The notes under the pieces are model-generated. The model had not been told where the DNA came from. It worked only from the letters and a program-made list of their open reading frames with translations, and searched no databases. This document shows, piece after piece, positions 50,919 through 64,000 of a DNA stretch of 64,000 bases. The position numbers were made by a program, and so were the translations under genes. Source of the DNA: Octopus vulgaris (lineage: Eukaryota); NCBI GenBank assembly GCA_951406725.2, contig OX597818.1:14322001-14386000 (forward strand). The letters are read 5' to 3'. Every line of letters begins with the position of its first letter. Position 1 is the stretch's first letter.

Positions 50919-51308
50919 ATGTATGTATGTATCTATGTATCTATGTATGTACTTATATATGTATGTGAGCATTTAGGTATGTTAGTGTGTAGACGTGTCT
51001 GTGCGTGTATATATGTGTATATACATGTGAACGTATGTCTATCTACTGATATACGTGTCTGTTCAATTTGTATATACGACTGTTACTCTTTCAAAGGTTA
51101 TATATATATATATATATATATATATACAACCTTTGACAGAGTAACAAGCATGTCTACAACTTGAACAGACACGCATATCAGTAGATAAACATACGTTCAC
51201 ATGTACATACATATATGTACACAAACAGACACGTCTACACACTAACATACCTAGATACTCACATCCATACATAAGTACATACATACCTACATACCTACAT
51301 ACATACAT
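50919..51308. repeat. Foldback (arms ~180 bp) centred on a (TA)n tract
   Basis: e.g. GGTATGTTAGTGTGTAGACGTGTCTGT / ACAGACACGTCTACACACTAACATACC. Centre at 51099-51126. Confidence 0.9.
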
Positions 51309-51637
51309 GTGGTAGGGGAGCAAACTTCTTACCATATAACAATACCTGTCCCTGTATTTGAAGAATATATATAAAATCCTACATCAGCAAACGACGCAAA
51401 ACCGTTAGCGGTATTTGTACTGGCTATTCGTATCAACAGTCGTGATAGTGGTCTTAAGAAAACATCGCTTTTACTATCCTGAAAATTGAAAACTCAGGAG
51501 AAGAGATTCTAAATTAAGGAGTAGCAATAAAAATAATACAAAAAAGAAATAGATGTAGGAAATTTTCTTGCATTAAATTTATGGCAACGTTAATAGTACC
51601 CTTACTACTAGTAATGATGCTGCGTTGCTGCGATTAA

Positions 51638-51727
<90 letters not shown>

Positions 51728-51741
51728 TAATAATAATAATG

Positions 51742-51805
<64 letters not shown>

Positions 51806-51819
51806 TAATAATAATAATG

Positions 51820-51871
<52 letters not shown>
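51638..51871. repeat. (CTA)n(TAA)n microsatellite
   Basis: Visible tract. Confidence 0.95.
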
Positions 51872-52008
51872 GGAGATCACCATGTCGCGCACATATGGTT
51901 TTGATGCATGTGCCTAGTGTACCCTTATCAGACGGGTAGTTATGATGGGTATACTGGGCTTCGTATATTTTACCCCAGTGTCACTATGATGACATGCACT
52001 GCTCTCTC

Positions 52009-52009
<1 letters not shown>
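51872..52009 (+). mobile_element. 5'-truncated copy of the non-coding (TAA)n-associated element
   Basis: Homologous to 23910-23983. Embedded in (TAA)n on both sides. Confidence 0.65.
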
Positions 52010-52045
<36 letters not shown>

Positions 52046-52169
52046 TAATGGGAGTATCACTAATCATAATATGAATGATAGCGTATTTATTGTTAACAGT
52101 AGCATAGACAATAAACGCAAACATGAATACGAATAATTGAACTATTGACAATGATTGTGATGAAAATAA

Positions 52170-52500
52170 ATGCAACGGCAGAGTACACATTGTTTGCCCT
52201 TGAATGGTTATCACTTGAGAAATAATGTTGTTTATAAATGCAACTTACATAATGGACAAATTCAGCTAGAATATAAACTAGGTTCCTCCATCCAGTTTAA
52301 GAGACGCTATTTATTTCTGCCAAATGCCAAACGTCTATTTCAGCACATTAAATGCACTGTTTCAAGAACAATAGCATGCCTTACAAAGTTACTTAATCTT
52401 CATTCAAACAGGAAGGTCATGTCAAATTTGTTGCATACTATGTGATCTCTGTAACAAAGAATCGATTCAAATGAGGTAAGAGTGACCATCTTTTGAACAG
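52170..52500 (+). mobile_element. Penelope-like GIY-YIG endonuclease remnant
   Basis: HCLPLNGYHLRNNVVYKC...YKLGSSIQFKRRY and a downstream CDLCNKE match the PLE pattern CPL.G.CL...VVY...YIG....FK.RY...C.LC..E. Confidence 0.65.
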
Positions 52501-55500
52501 TCAGAGAGACGCTATCATCCTTTGCAGTCATTGATTCTTTTCGTTTTACCATAGATCTTTTGGTTTTATTCGTATTACATAATTATTTATTTTTAATTCA
52601 ATGACATTTGTTTGTATTAACTTTGCTCTATCCCTATTCCATATTTTTGCATTTCTCTTAGTTTAGCTTAACTTAGATATCTTTATACATAATGGATATT
52701 TACGATGCATAGACTTAAACTTTTAATTAAAAAATTTACAATCGTATAAATATCATATTTTCCCATTATTTTCTCCATGGCCTTCATTCTTACTAGTATC
52801 AAATTTTCTTCCCTAAATTATTTATTATAAATGCTTGCATGCAAGCAAAATATATTTACAGCAAGATGTTTGAACTAATGTTCGCGCCATGGAGGATTTT
52901 AGTTGGATTTTCGCGCCATGGAGGATTTTAGTTGAATTTTCCTTCGTGTCTTCGTTCTTTAATTATTTCTTTGCTATACGCCCTTACCATATCTCTTTAC
53001 TGTGTGACTTATGATATGCCTAGTCCTTTTGTCGTCGTATCTGGATAGCCGTTTATTTTTTATGAATACTTATCTTAATTCCCTCTCTACCCTTACCTTG
53101 ATTCAACCTTTTTCTATTCTTTCTCGTTATTATATATCTATCTATCTATCTATCTTATATATCTATCTTCCTCTCGCTATCTTCCTCACTTGTAGTAATA
53201 TGATCTCACTCATACTTCTTCACCTTTATTATTGCTGTATAATCCAATTTCTCATGTAGGCAACTTCTCGCAATTATTCATGGATGAAGGACTTTATAAA
53301 TTTACTTATTTCTTAATTATATATGCACATTAATTTATTGCATATTTTGGGTGTACATTACTACATCAATTTGTCGCCGCATATAAGAAACTGCTGTAAA
53401 GAGATACGATGCATGCTCTTCATATTTTACCAATTGTATTTTTCGCTTATGTAAATGCTGGATATCTTTAGGTCTGTGAAGGACTACTAACGACTACCTT
53501 CCTTCCACCTTAATTATATTTATATTGATATTTTTGTTACTCATAAATTTATAAATGCTTCGGTCATAAATAATAATATATATATTATATAGTTTACGTG
53601 TATTTATATATGGAGGTATACATGTAAGTGCACACAACCAACCACAAACACACACACACACACATGCACACATACACACACACTCACACACACACACTGA
53701 TATATGTATTTTGGAAGCACTGATAATGGTTTATGGTATTAACGAAGCAATCTCCTCAGGTATTTCATTGAAAATACTGGCGGTGTTATAAAATAGTCTC
53801 ACTACCAAAATATTTAAATAGTTAAATTATTTGTGAGTTATACACTTTTCGGATTATTAAATTCTTTGAAAGTTTTGATATTTTGCCTATCTCAAATTCT
53901 TTTAAAATATGCTGGCTTTTTTTGTTTCCATATTTAGTTTATTTACAAGAACGAACATTAAATCAAAGAAATCAATTACGTTATTAATGATGTGAAAAAT
54001 GGTAAGACATGGTAGCAAAGATGTAAAAGAAACATAAAACATTTTGAAAATAGATTGACGTCAAAATCTTCAGATTAAAAAGCATGTAAGAGAAAAACAG
54101 TATTGTAAAATTTAATAGAACGTTTCAAGTAGAAAGGAAAGAGAAGTCACTGTTACAAAGGAATGTGAGTGTACTCATAAATTCTGAGATATATTATATA
54201 AACTACTTTCATTTCACGTGGTACCGTAGGCAACAGACTTCTACAATAGCCTCCGGCCAACCAATATAAGTTGGTTTGTTAGAAGGAAAGTGTACGTAAC
54301 CTTTGGCAATATGTCGCTACGTATGCGAATATATGTGTATAGATGCATATGTTTGTCTTTCTGTATGTATGCATTCAACGCTCCTACGAAAATTCATGAG
54401 CTAGGGAAGGCCCTAAATCAACTCTGATTAGATGGCCGGCACTCACAATAATTGTTGTTCTTGTTGTGGCTTATTTTCAGGCCACCTTTGATCAAACAGA
54501 TTTACTGGCTAATGCAATCGAAACATGACGTTCCTATATACTTAAAGCTATGTAAAACTTCATTATATAAAATGTTCTCTTCTTATTTAAGGCAATAGGA
54601 TATTTTACCCAGTATTGCTGCAGGTAAAGCGACTACACATAGATTTTATCCCTACTTCCATTACTTGCCAGCTGAGACACATACAGATGAGACACACTTC
54701 TACAGTATTTGAGAGAGAAACGTTTATTAAGTAGTACTGTGTAAAATGTTTGCTGTCTATCATGAAAGAATGAGATAAAATTAGTTTATGGCTGTGAAGG
54801 GAAATGTTTCCCTTCATTATCAGATAGGGCTTGATTAGTTAGCGATAAACCAAATAATTGGCATGGAAAATTTCTCTGAACTTTCTTTATACCAGTGCAT
54901 ATATACATATATATATATATCACGAAATTGCAATTGTTACAGATTCCGTTGTTATCGCTGATGTTTTAACGTCCAATCTTTGTTTTGCTCCTATCAAATG
55001 TTGTGTTGCTCCCATCAAAGCAAACTAATGAGCAAAAGGCATTTCACCATGGCTATCGCATATTCTTTTATTCGTGAAACACAGTTAATCATGCATTACA
55101 TTATTCAATGAACGCTTTTTAAAGATAGTTGAATATGATACAAGGGAAATTTCTTTGCTATTTCTAGCAGTCGAGCAACCAAGTAGGAGCTCACTTGTGG
55201 GTGCAATACGTGTTAAGAAGCAAGAAAAAAAAAACAGGGACTGACTGACAGAGGAGAAAGAGGAGGAAGAAGGAGAGGACGAAATGCAGGACAAGGAGAC
55301 GACGACAAAGTGGAGGAGGAGGAGGTGGTGGTGGTGGAGGTGGAGGAGGTGATGGCCATTCATTTTATTTCAGTAAAATTATGCCCCACCACAGAACCAG
55401 CTTTTGAGTTTTTCCGGACAAGTCACACAAACGAACTTCAGCTACCAATTTAGACTACCAAAATTGCTATAGATACATAATACGATCTAGTCTTTTCATT

Positions 55501-55626
55501 GCTTAATAAAAAAAATTTCTTCTAGAAGACACTTTTAGGTCAGTTTTAAACGTAATGAAATATAATCAGCACTAAGAAACTAGTGCCAACTAATAGTAAG
55601 TGAAATATGTTGACAAAGCAGAACAG

Positions 55627-58030
55627 AGTTCTATATTTAAGAGATGAGGAATTATGTACATTATTTACATTTGAAGGATATTTGTCCTCATCTTGTTTGT
55701 TGTTTTGGTGTCTTGGGGAAATTTCGAACATGGGTCCTCATTCCTAAGGTGTTGTTCTTGATGTTGTTCAGGTCACTGCATGGAATCGAACTCGGAATCT
55801 TGGGGTTAGTAGCCGGCGCTACTGCTAAGGAGGTTGTTGTGTCCTAGCATACGTGCTGTTTCTTTTAATTTTCCTATTTTCCAGTGGTGTTTTCTGTCTA
55901 TTAACTTCATCCCACAGGGGGAGGTGGTCTCCATTTTTCCATACATGATCAGCTATACCCGATTTATCAATATCTCATCGTGTCACAGTTTTGCGATGTC
56001 CCTCTACCCTTATTTTGAGGAGGGAGCAGTATGATTCGCCTTTGTATAACCTACCATAGCTGCATGGGATGCAGTACCCGCAGTCTTTGGTCATATTCTC
56101 TTCTATTGGTAGTTTTACCCAAAGGAGATATTTGTGAAATGTTGTACTGCTCTTGAATACTGTCCTGATGTCATATCTGCCGTATATGTTTTGTATCTTT
56201 TCGGAGAGGGCTTTCACATAGGGTAGGCAGACTGTAGACAGACTCTATTGGTTGTATCCCCTCCTTTCTTCATAATTGGAGTAGATAGTATGTTTTAGTG
56301 GGGGGTAGTTGTTGCTTAATATATTATTACTGAGCTTGATGATTTCTTCATAGTGGGTATCACGATCGCTACTTATATTCTTTTCTCGATGTTTAAGGCA
56401 CTGAGCAATCCTCTTTACACTGTATGGATAGTGGGAATTGAAGTTAAGCTATTGTCCAGTGAAGATCGGCTTGCGGTATCCGGATGTCCTGAATCCATAC
56501 TTGGTGCGTGTTATTAATACGTCCAGGAATGCTAGCTGATTGTCTTTTTCCTTTTCTATTGTGAACTGTATGGATGGCTTTATTGAGTTTACTTGATCTA
56601 ACAGCTCTCGGACATCTTCCTGGTGGGGCCAGAAAATAAAGGTGTCATCAACATAGAGTTGGCTTTAGTGGTGTCGTTCATAAAGCCAAATTCTCAAAGT
56701 ATTTCATGTACATATTGGCTATTATCGGTGAACCGATAGCTAAACCCACTTCTTGTCGATATATATCAGTGTCGATACTGAAATAGGTAGTTTCTACACA
56801 GAATCTCAACATTTCCATCAAATGTCTTATTGGTATACTAGTGCGTTCTTTTAGATGGGGGTCTGTCACTAGTTTTTCTTGAATCACCGATAGTGCTTCA
56901 CCAGTTAAGACTTTGGTGAGCAGACTTACCACAACTAGACTCACCATCCGATTGGATCCAATGTTGGTATCCTTGATCAATTCTGTGAAGTGGGTGGAAT
57001 TCTTCACTCTGATGTTGACTTTCCTGCTAATGGATTGGTTATATCCACAAGGAAGCGGCTCAGTGAATGACCTATAGCTCACTATAGGTCTTAATGGAAT
57101 ACCGTCCTTGTGAATCTTAGGGAGACCGTACATGTATGGTAGTTTATTGTAGTGTTGAGTCAGTTGTCTGTACTTTATTGGTGTAAAGTGGTCCTTGTTC
57201 TTGATCAAGATCTGTGAGAACTTCCTCTCTGTTTTCAGAGTTGGGTCTTTCTTTACTTTACTGTAGCTACCATCACTTATAAGTCTTGTCAATTTTTGCG
57301 AGTAGTCAGACTTGTTCATCACCACTGTAGCACTTCCAATGTCCGCTGGAAGTATAATGATGGAATTGTCACTCTGTAGTCTTTTGATAGAGAACTTTTC
57401 TTCCTTAGTAATGTTTGGTTTGGGAAGTTTCGCTTTTTCCAACACCTGTCTCACTTTCCACCTTAGTTCATCTCCCTGAGTTTTTGGTATTTTTACGGCT
57501 ATCTCTTCAATAGGGGCTATTATGTCCAAATATGTAATGCAGTTAATGGTTGTCGCAAAGTTGGGACCTTTGTTTAGTACTGTTTCTTCAGGGTTTCATA
57601 AACTTCTTAATCTGGCGTGTCTTCACCATTTCAAATTCTTTCATGTACGACTTTTCTAGATCTTGTTGGATTCTCTTTCTATCATCATCTCTGGTTATTT
57701 TCCTAAGTAATGAAGATAACCTCTCTTTGATTTCATTATTTAGTTGATGTTTTTTTCAACGGTTGTAATGGATCCTCTCACGGACGAGGCATGTCCTCCC
57801 CTTTCCGCTACTCTTCTAGCTTTATATGTATCCACTGGTGTCATTATATTCAAGCCAGGTGGTATTAGCTTTGAGTCTCTACATCTACACAGTAAAGTTA
57901 GATGGTTTGAAAAACCGAGTTAGTTTATGATGGAGTTTCTCTATATGTTTCCATTGAAGTCTAATGCCGGCTCCGTACCGATTAGATAATACAGTTCTAT
58001 ACTTAAGAGATGAATTATGTACATAATGTA
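55627..58030 (-). mobile_element. Decayed near-full-length Penelope-like element (RT plus GIY-YIG) with short terminal direct repeat
   Basis: YGLPKIHKDGIPLRPIVS, GLAIGSP, YVDDTF, LAFLDVLI and GYCIPCSYGRLYKGES. A ~40-bp direct repeat lies at 55627-55667 and 57993-58030. Confidence 0.9.
56678..57529 (-). pseudogene. Penelope-like reverse transcriptase, longest open segment
   Basis: 283-aa ORF with ILPADIG, YGLPKIHK, LRPIVS and SLVVVSLLT (degenerate SFDV.SLFT). Confidence 0.85.
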
Positions 58031-58117
58031 AAAGCAGAGTAGATTATTTTGTCGTGAGCAAAAGGGCTAACGTTTCTGTTACAATTTTTAACCACAGTTA
58101 GAGATAGAAGAAAGGAC

Positions 58118-58184
<67 letters not shown>

Positions 58185-59111
58185 GGTTGAGACAGAGAGA
58201 GAGAGCGATTAAATATTTACTCATTGCACTGAATATTTCCAATCTTATACATTCAGCATCCTTTCTAATAACGTGTTCTACTAGAACCGTTAACCTTTTC
58301 TTCTTCAGAGCAAAATATTTCCAATTTGTAAAGTTTATGAAAACGACACACTGACGCACCGACGTTATAATACATGAAGTATGTAATGGGGCTTTTCATA
58401 ACTTGCCTGGGTATTAGTCACCTTGGAAATAAACTAGACACTTTGGTTGCAGATATATATGACCATAAGAGGATATAATAGAGTATATATTTGTTTTTTA
58501 CAGGTTCAGGTTCTAAAGCTTAGAATATATAAAACGTGGATGCTAAATTCAATTTCAGCATGATATCGTTTCATTCATGTCCTACATCAAAATCGTTTGG
58601 AGCGATGTATGTTCTCCGAATGACTTTTTTTGCGTAAAATGAATATTCAAACATATAATTTGTTTACTGAATAGGATGATTTAGCATCAAACTTCTACTT
58701 GATAAACTAAGGAAACCTTCACATTAAAATATCGAACTACCTCAAGCACTCTATAAATGTAATTAACATGCACCACAGCATTAATTCCTGTAATTTACAT
58801 GAATTAATCTCAGAATTATCAGCTAGCAAAAAAATCATACTTTAAGCAAACTTTGCTGATGGAGGCAGAATATTTAACTTCCACATATGATGCCAAAATT
58901 GATACAGTAACGATCAAGCAGAGACATGTAAATCTTCTTTGACTGAGCGATAAATGCCGCTGGGCTACTTTTATGGTGTGTATCTTATTCAAGCATATCA
59001 ACGGTTCAACAAGAGCCAATGTACGAAATTCGCAAAAATTACTAACGTAATTATAATTTTGCATTAAAAATGGGATTCAGTAACCATTATAACCATTTGG
59101 TGGCCATTATA

Positions 59112-60399
59112 TTAGGTTGTCAAGAAAGTTCTTCCGGAATTGTTAATTTTGGTTTTAAATTATGTATTTTCAAATTAATTTTCGTTAAATTACTTTGACT
59201 TTATATATCATTTTAAAGCCTGTTATTTCGCTCTATTTAATCGTGTTACACTTTTTCCTTTTGAATAATTAATCTATTTTTTCCAGAACGTTGAATGCAA
59301 CATGGACAAAAAGCAAATTCGCACAATTTTCTTATTCCAGTTCAAGGTAGGCCGAAAAGCTGCTGAAACGGCTCGCGATATCAACGATGCGTTTGGCCCA
59401 GGAACCACAAATGAACGTACAGCACAATGATAGTTCAAGAAATTTCGTAGCGGGGACGAGTGTCTTGAAGATGACAAGCGTAGTGGTCGGCAATTGGATG
59501 TTGACAACGATCCACTAAGAGTCTTAGTGGAAGCCAATCCACGCACAACTGTTCGAGAGCTTGCTTCAGAATTAGACGAAACGTATACGACAATTTCCAA
59601 CCACTTGAAAGAGATTGAAAATCAAAAATACTTGAGAAATGGGTGCCGCTCGAATTGAACAACAACAACAAAAAAAAACAAACGCCGTTTTGAAGTGTCG
59701 TCTTCCCTCTATTTACGCAACAAGAACGACCCGTTTCTCAACTGGATTGTGACTTGCGATGATAAATCGATTCTTTACGACAACCATAACGCCCAGCTCA
59801 ATGGTTGGACGCCGACGAAGCTCCACGGCATTTCCTGAAACCAAAGTTGCACCAAACGAAGATCATGGTGACTGTTTGGTGGTCTGCGGTCGTTCTCATC
59901 CCTCACAGCGTTTTGGATCAAGTCGAAACTATTACGGCGGAGAAGTACCGTCAGAAAATGGTTGGAATGCATAAGAAACTTCGACCACAACAGCCAGCAT
60001 TGGACAATAGAAAAGGACCAATTCTTCTCCACGACAACACTCGACCGCACGTCGCACAACTAACCCTCCACAAGTTAAACGAATTAGGCTACGAAAATCT
60101 GCCTCATCCGACTCATCAGACCTCTAGCCTACCGACTACCACTTTTTCAAGCATCTCGACAACTTCCTGCGTGAGAAATGCTTCAAAAACCAAGACGATA
60201 CCAAACACGCCTTCAACGACTTCATCGCCACCAGAACGCAGGATTTTTACGCTACTGGCATGAATAAACTTGTTTCGCATTGACAAAAGTGTGTTGATTC
60301 TGATGGTGTTTATTTCGATTAATAAAGTTTTGTTTAAGCCGAGATATATGCATCTAAATTTAAAGGCTAAAAACCGCAAGAACTTTCTTGACAACCTAA
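59112..60399 (+). mobile_element. Full-length mariner transposon (cecropia/Hsmar1-like), transposase inactivated
   Basis: TA|TTAGGTTGTCAAGAAAGTTCTT...AAGAACTTTCTTGACAACCTAA|TA, 1288 bp. Transposase from 59302 (MDKKQIRTIFLFQFKVGRKAAETARDIN) through WVP, IVTCD and LLHDNTRPH to ~60322, with stops and frameshifts. Confidence 0.95.
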
Positions 60400-60975
60400 T
60401 ATCTGGAGGAATTTTTTTTAAATATTCGTAACCCAAAATTTCATTCTTTTCTAGACAGTTAATTCCACATCCTGTTAGACTGCAGAAAATTAATGAATTA
60501 TCAAGTCTATACAAAAGAAATATCATAATATCAGTCTGCATTTATTTTTAGCGCTGTACTTGATATTGCCAACTTTTAGGCTTCGAATTAGAGTTTCAGG
60601 AAAATATTAGCAGCACAAGAATATAAAAAATATTTTATCTCCAATCGAAAGAGATTTGTGTTCATCCGTTTTATGTCCAAACAAAATAACAAGTTGTTGC
60701 ACACTGCATAGAAAAAAAGGAGAGAAAGAAAATGTGTTTTATCCTCTAGTTAACATGACTAAAGAGATCGTAAAGTCGTTAACAGGAAGAAGCATGTTAT
60801 AAATAGAACATTTATTCTAAGCTACATTACTTGTCACTATTAGTGTGACTAATAGTCGGCTTGGCTACTAATTAAGTTTTACGTGTTCATAACAGTACAA
60901 ATGCGCATAGAATTTGAAAAGTACTTTCAGACCCGAGAATGATTCAATTTTGCGAAAAGTCAATGCTCTCTCTCC

Positions 60976-61025
<50 letters not shown>

Positions 61026-61030
61026 ATATA

Positions 61031-61069
<39 letters not shown>

Positions 61070-61181
61070 CAATTGCAGCGTGGAAGGTGTTTATAGGTCA
61101 TTTGAAAATTCACAAAATTGTTTTCGTTCCAGCATGCGATCTCAGATCAGGTCACTTGCTATGCAAGTACATCTCCGTAGC

Positions 61182-61217
<36 letters not shown>

Positions 61218-61769
61218 ATGTGTGTGTGTGTGTGTGTGTGTATTCATAGTTAGACGATGCAATTTTTCAGAAAACATTGCCATCCATAAATTCTGCCGAT
61301 ACACTGACGTGTGGGAGTCTTAAATCATTGAGTTGTCTATATGTGATATGCTCAAGTGTGAGTATGTATAAATATGTGTATGCGTACGTGTGTAACCTCT
61401 GGCATGTGGTATGTATTATTTTATATATGTATATATAAATAGAAGTCTTGGTGGATGGGTAAATTGATGTATTCGCATATAGAAATCTTTGTGTATGTAG
61501 GTTGTGTATACAAAATATAGGAAAATTAAAGCAATCAATAAAAGAGAAAATTGGAATTGGCGTTGAAGTAGTTTTTTATCGTAAATGCTGAGAAGTCTTG
61601 TTCTTATCCCTATGACACATTTTCAAAACTCGAATAAAGAACTGAGAGAAGATTATCATATCAAATCAAAATTTCAAAAGTCTCAATTGTGTCCAAGTGA
61701 AACAATGAAAATAATTCACTGTTTACACAATCGTATTAACACTTTAACAGACGCACACACACAGGCACA

Positions 61770-61823
<54 letters not shown>

Positions 61824-61827
61824 GATT

Positions 61828-62052
61828 TGCCAACATAACGTGGCAGTACTGATAAGGACGAATGATACTGCTATTTAGCCCCAGGAAACATCACATCCAT
61901 CTGTATGGACACAGTATCTGTGCGGGAGTGCTGAGTTCCCTGTTCGAAAATATGACACAGATAGTATGTCATATACCCAGCTAGAAACGATGTTTCTTGG
62001 GGCAAAACAACAGTAATATCGTCCTTTTCAGGACATCCACATTATGTTGGCA
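61828..62052. repeat. MITE-like imperfect foldback, ~225 bp
   Basis: TGCCAACATAA.GTGG...GCCCCAGGAAACATC...ATCTGTG versus CACAGAT...GATGTTTCTTGGGGC...CCAC.TTATGTTGGCA. Confidence 0.75.
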
Positions 62053-62363
62053 TATAGCTTTTTCTTTAAAATACTGTTACTGAATGTTTCTCTTTAAGAT
62101 ATTTTAAAATAATCATATTTCTATATAGATAGATAGATAGCACAATTAAAGGCTACAAATCTCATTCAGGGATAGCAAAATCCTGTGAAAGTACTGATTA
62201 ATTACCTGTACCCTGAGTATTGAACATTATATTTAATACTCCACTGCAAAGTAACAATATAAACCGTGGTTTATATATATATATATATGTCATTTATGAT
62301 AATATTAAGATGGGAGGATAGAAAGGTAATTAATAAATCATTATTAATTAAAAAATTGACAAA

Positions 62364-62455
62364 CATCTCTCACATATGTTTCAAGTCAGGCTATCAGTAA
62401 ATTTAACTAATTAAATTTAAAATCATTTGAAATTCGAATCTCTTCAGAGGTAGAT
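62364..62455 (-). ncRNA. Degenerate hammerhead motif with 58-nt stem II region
   Basis: Minus strand CCT-CTGAAGA-[58 nt incl. hairpin TAAATTTAA/TTAAATTTA]-GAAA-CATATG-TG-AGAG. Stem III is the palindrome ACATATGT; the cleavage triplet GUG is non-canonical. Confidence 0.5.
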
Positions 62456-63790
62456 AAAGGTATACAAAAATAGGTATTTAATTTCCTCCTATTGTGTAAA
62501 CGGGTGCACACTGTTAACTAATAAAAATATAGATCAAGAACCTAGAATACAAGTAGAGCCCTTAGCAGGGAAGTAAGATTGTGTATAATAGGGTTGTAAA
62601 ACAATATGTTCAGCTGGGGTATTAAGTATAATAAAGCTCAAGTAGATGTAATTGGTTTAAAAAAATGTCATACTGTGCTATTATATCGATTACTATTAAA
62701 TCAATGTAAATTTAGTATGTAGAGTTTAATTCAAATGTGTACAGTTACTAATGTATAGTTAAGGTGGAAGACATTCAGGCTAAAATTACTTATCAAAAAA
62801 TCGAAATGGTTAAAAGAACATTTACTCAATGTTAGGGTACATGAAAATTATAAATACAAATGAATATATTAAAATAAATAAATCAAAATAGATAAAAAAA
62901 GTGAAAAAGAGAGAGAAAATTTAAAAAATGAATAAAGAATTATAAATTATTAGCTTTTATCCCTTAAAAATTTATTATTGAGCTAGACTAATATAAATAA
63001 AGAGATACTGGACAAAATTTAATCTAAAGATTTCCGATATGCAGCGTTCGTATAATGAAATACCGGAAGTAAATATGTTAGGTTTCTAAGATACGGGGAT
63101 ATGGCATTTAGCATAAATAAATACATACAAAGATAGGAAGTAAAGGAAATAAAAATATGGTAATGAAATGAAAATAAGGGCTTAAATATGGGTCAATTCA
63201 AGAAGTTAAATTAAAATTTATTATTAAAAATTAAATAGTTCAATATACAAATAGCTAAATATAAAGATTCTCAAAACCGGAAGTAGGTATTCATGTATAG
63301 TTTAATGGTTAAATAAAATCTAGAAATAGATTAATTTAGGGAATACCAAAATTTGGGTCACACCAAGTGTGTGTGTGTGTGTGTATCTTTTATATGTTTT
63401 AGTCACTCGACTGTGGCCATGCTGGGTCACCGCCTTCAAGAACTCTTAGTCGAATGAATTGAGTCCTGTACTTATTATATTTAAGCCTGTACTTATTTTG
63501 TCGGTATATATTTGCCGAACCGCTAAGTTACAGGGATGTAAACATGCCAACACCTGTCAGTTGGGGGACAAACGAAGACACAAATACAGACACTTATCAA
63601 TCATATATATATACACATTCACACACACACGTGTGGGGGTGCATGTGTGTGTCTATAGAGAGAAAGATGCCTTTTTTAAAAGAAGTTTGAGTTTCTTCAG
63701 AATTGGGGAGTGTATTAGTTTCAGTGCAGCTTGCAGCCTATATTATCGCTATTCAAAGCTTCTTGTTCGACTCAATATATTAGCAAAATA

Positions 63791-64000
63791 CGAGGGGGTA
63801 ACCATCAGCTTCAAAATTGTTGTTTTATTCACTTTGTTTTACATGCTTGTGTTTTCATCGCCTTCTAAGTATTCCCCATCTGGCAATACATCGGTCCAGA
63901 CATGTTTTCCACAATTCGAAGTAGTGCTGGAAATCTTGCGAAGGGGTTCCTTCTAACGCCTACGTTATTTTTTCTTCACCTCTTCCACATTAGCTAACTC
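63791..64000 (-). mobile_element. Mariner 3' end (related to 18887-19756), runs off the window
   Basis: TA|CGAGGGGGT TIR, with minus-strand ANVEEVKK and a GEY-like C-terminal remnant. Confidence 0.7.

Noticed and set aside
58250-58312. Minus-strand CTGAAGA...GAAAGGATGCTG with an internal hairpin
   Set aside because: No stem I and no valid cleavage triplet.

Overview
AT-rich, microsatellite-dense, non-genic metazoan DNA. The repeat mix suggests an octopus/cephalopod genome (inference, not checked). No host protein-coding exon could be supported; almost all ORF-track entries are microsatellite artefacts or transposon remnants. The window holds: one young and about seven decayed Dong/R4-type RLE non-LTR retrotransposons, mostly in (TAA)n tracts; one decayed full-length Gypsy element with both LTRs, plus a second Gypsy fragment; several Penelope-like element (PLE) remnants; five mariner copies; an RTE 3' end; a Tx1/L1-like ORF1; a probable non-autonomous Helitron; and tRNA-derived SINEs. 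The most notable signal is non-coding: a series of type-I hammerhead ribozyme (HHR) motifs with palindromic minimal stem III and long stem II hairpins. They occur as a tandem pair (532 nt between predicted cleavage sites, retrozyme-like), as a near-perfect inverted pair, in the loop of a long foldback, and next to PLE coding remnants. All structures were paired by eye; no folding or database search was run.
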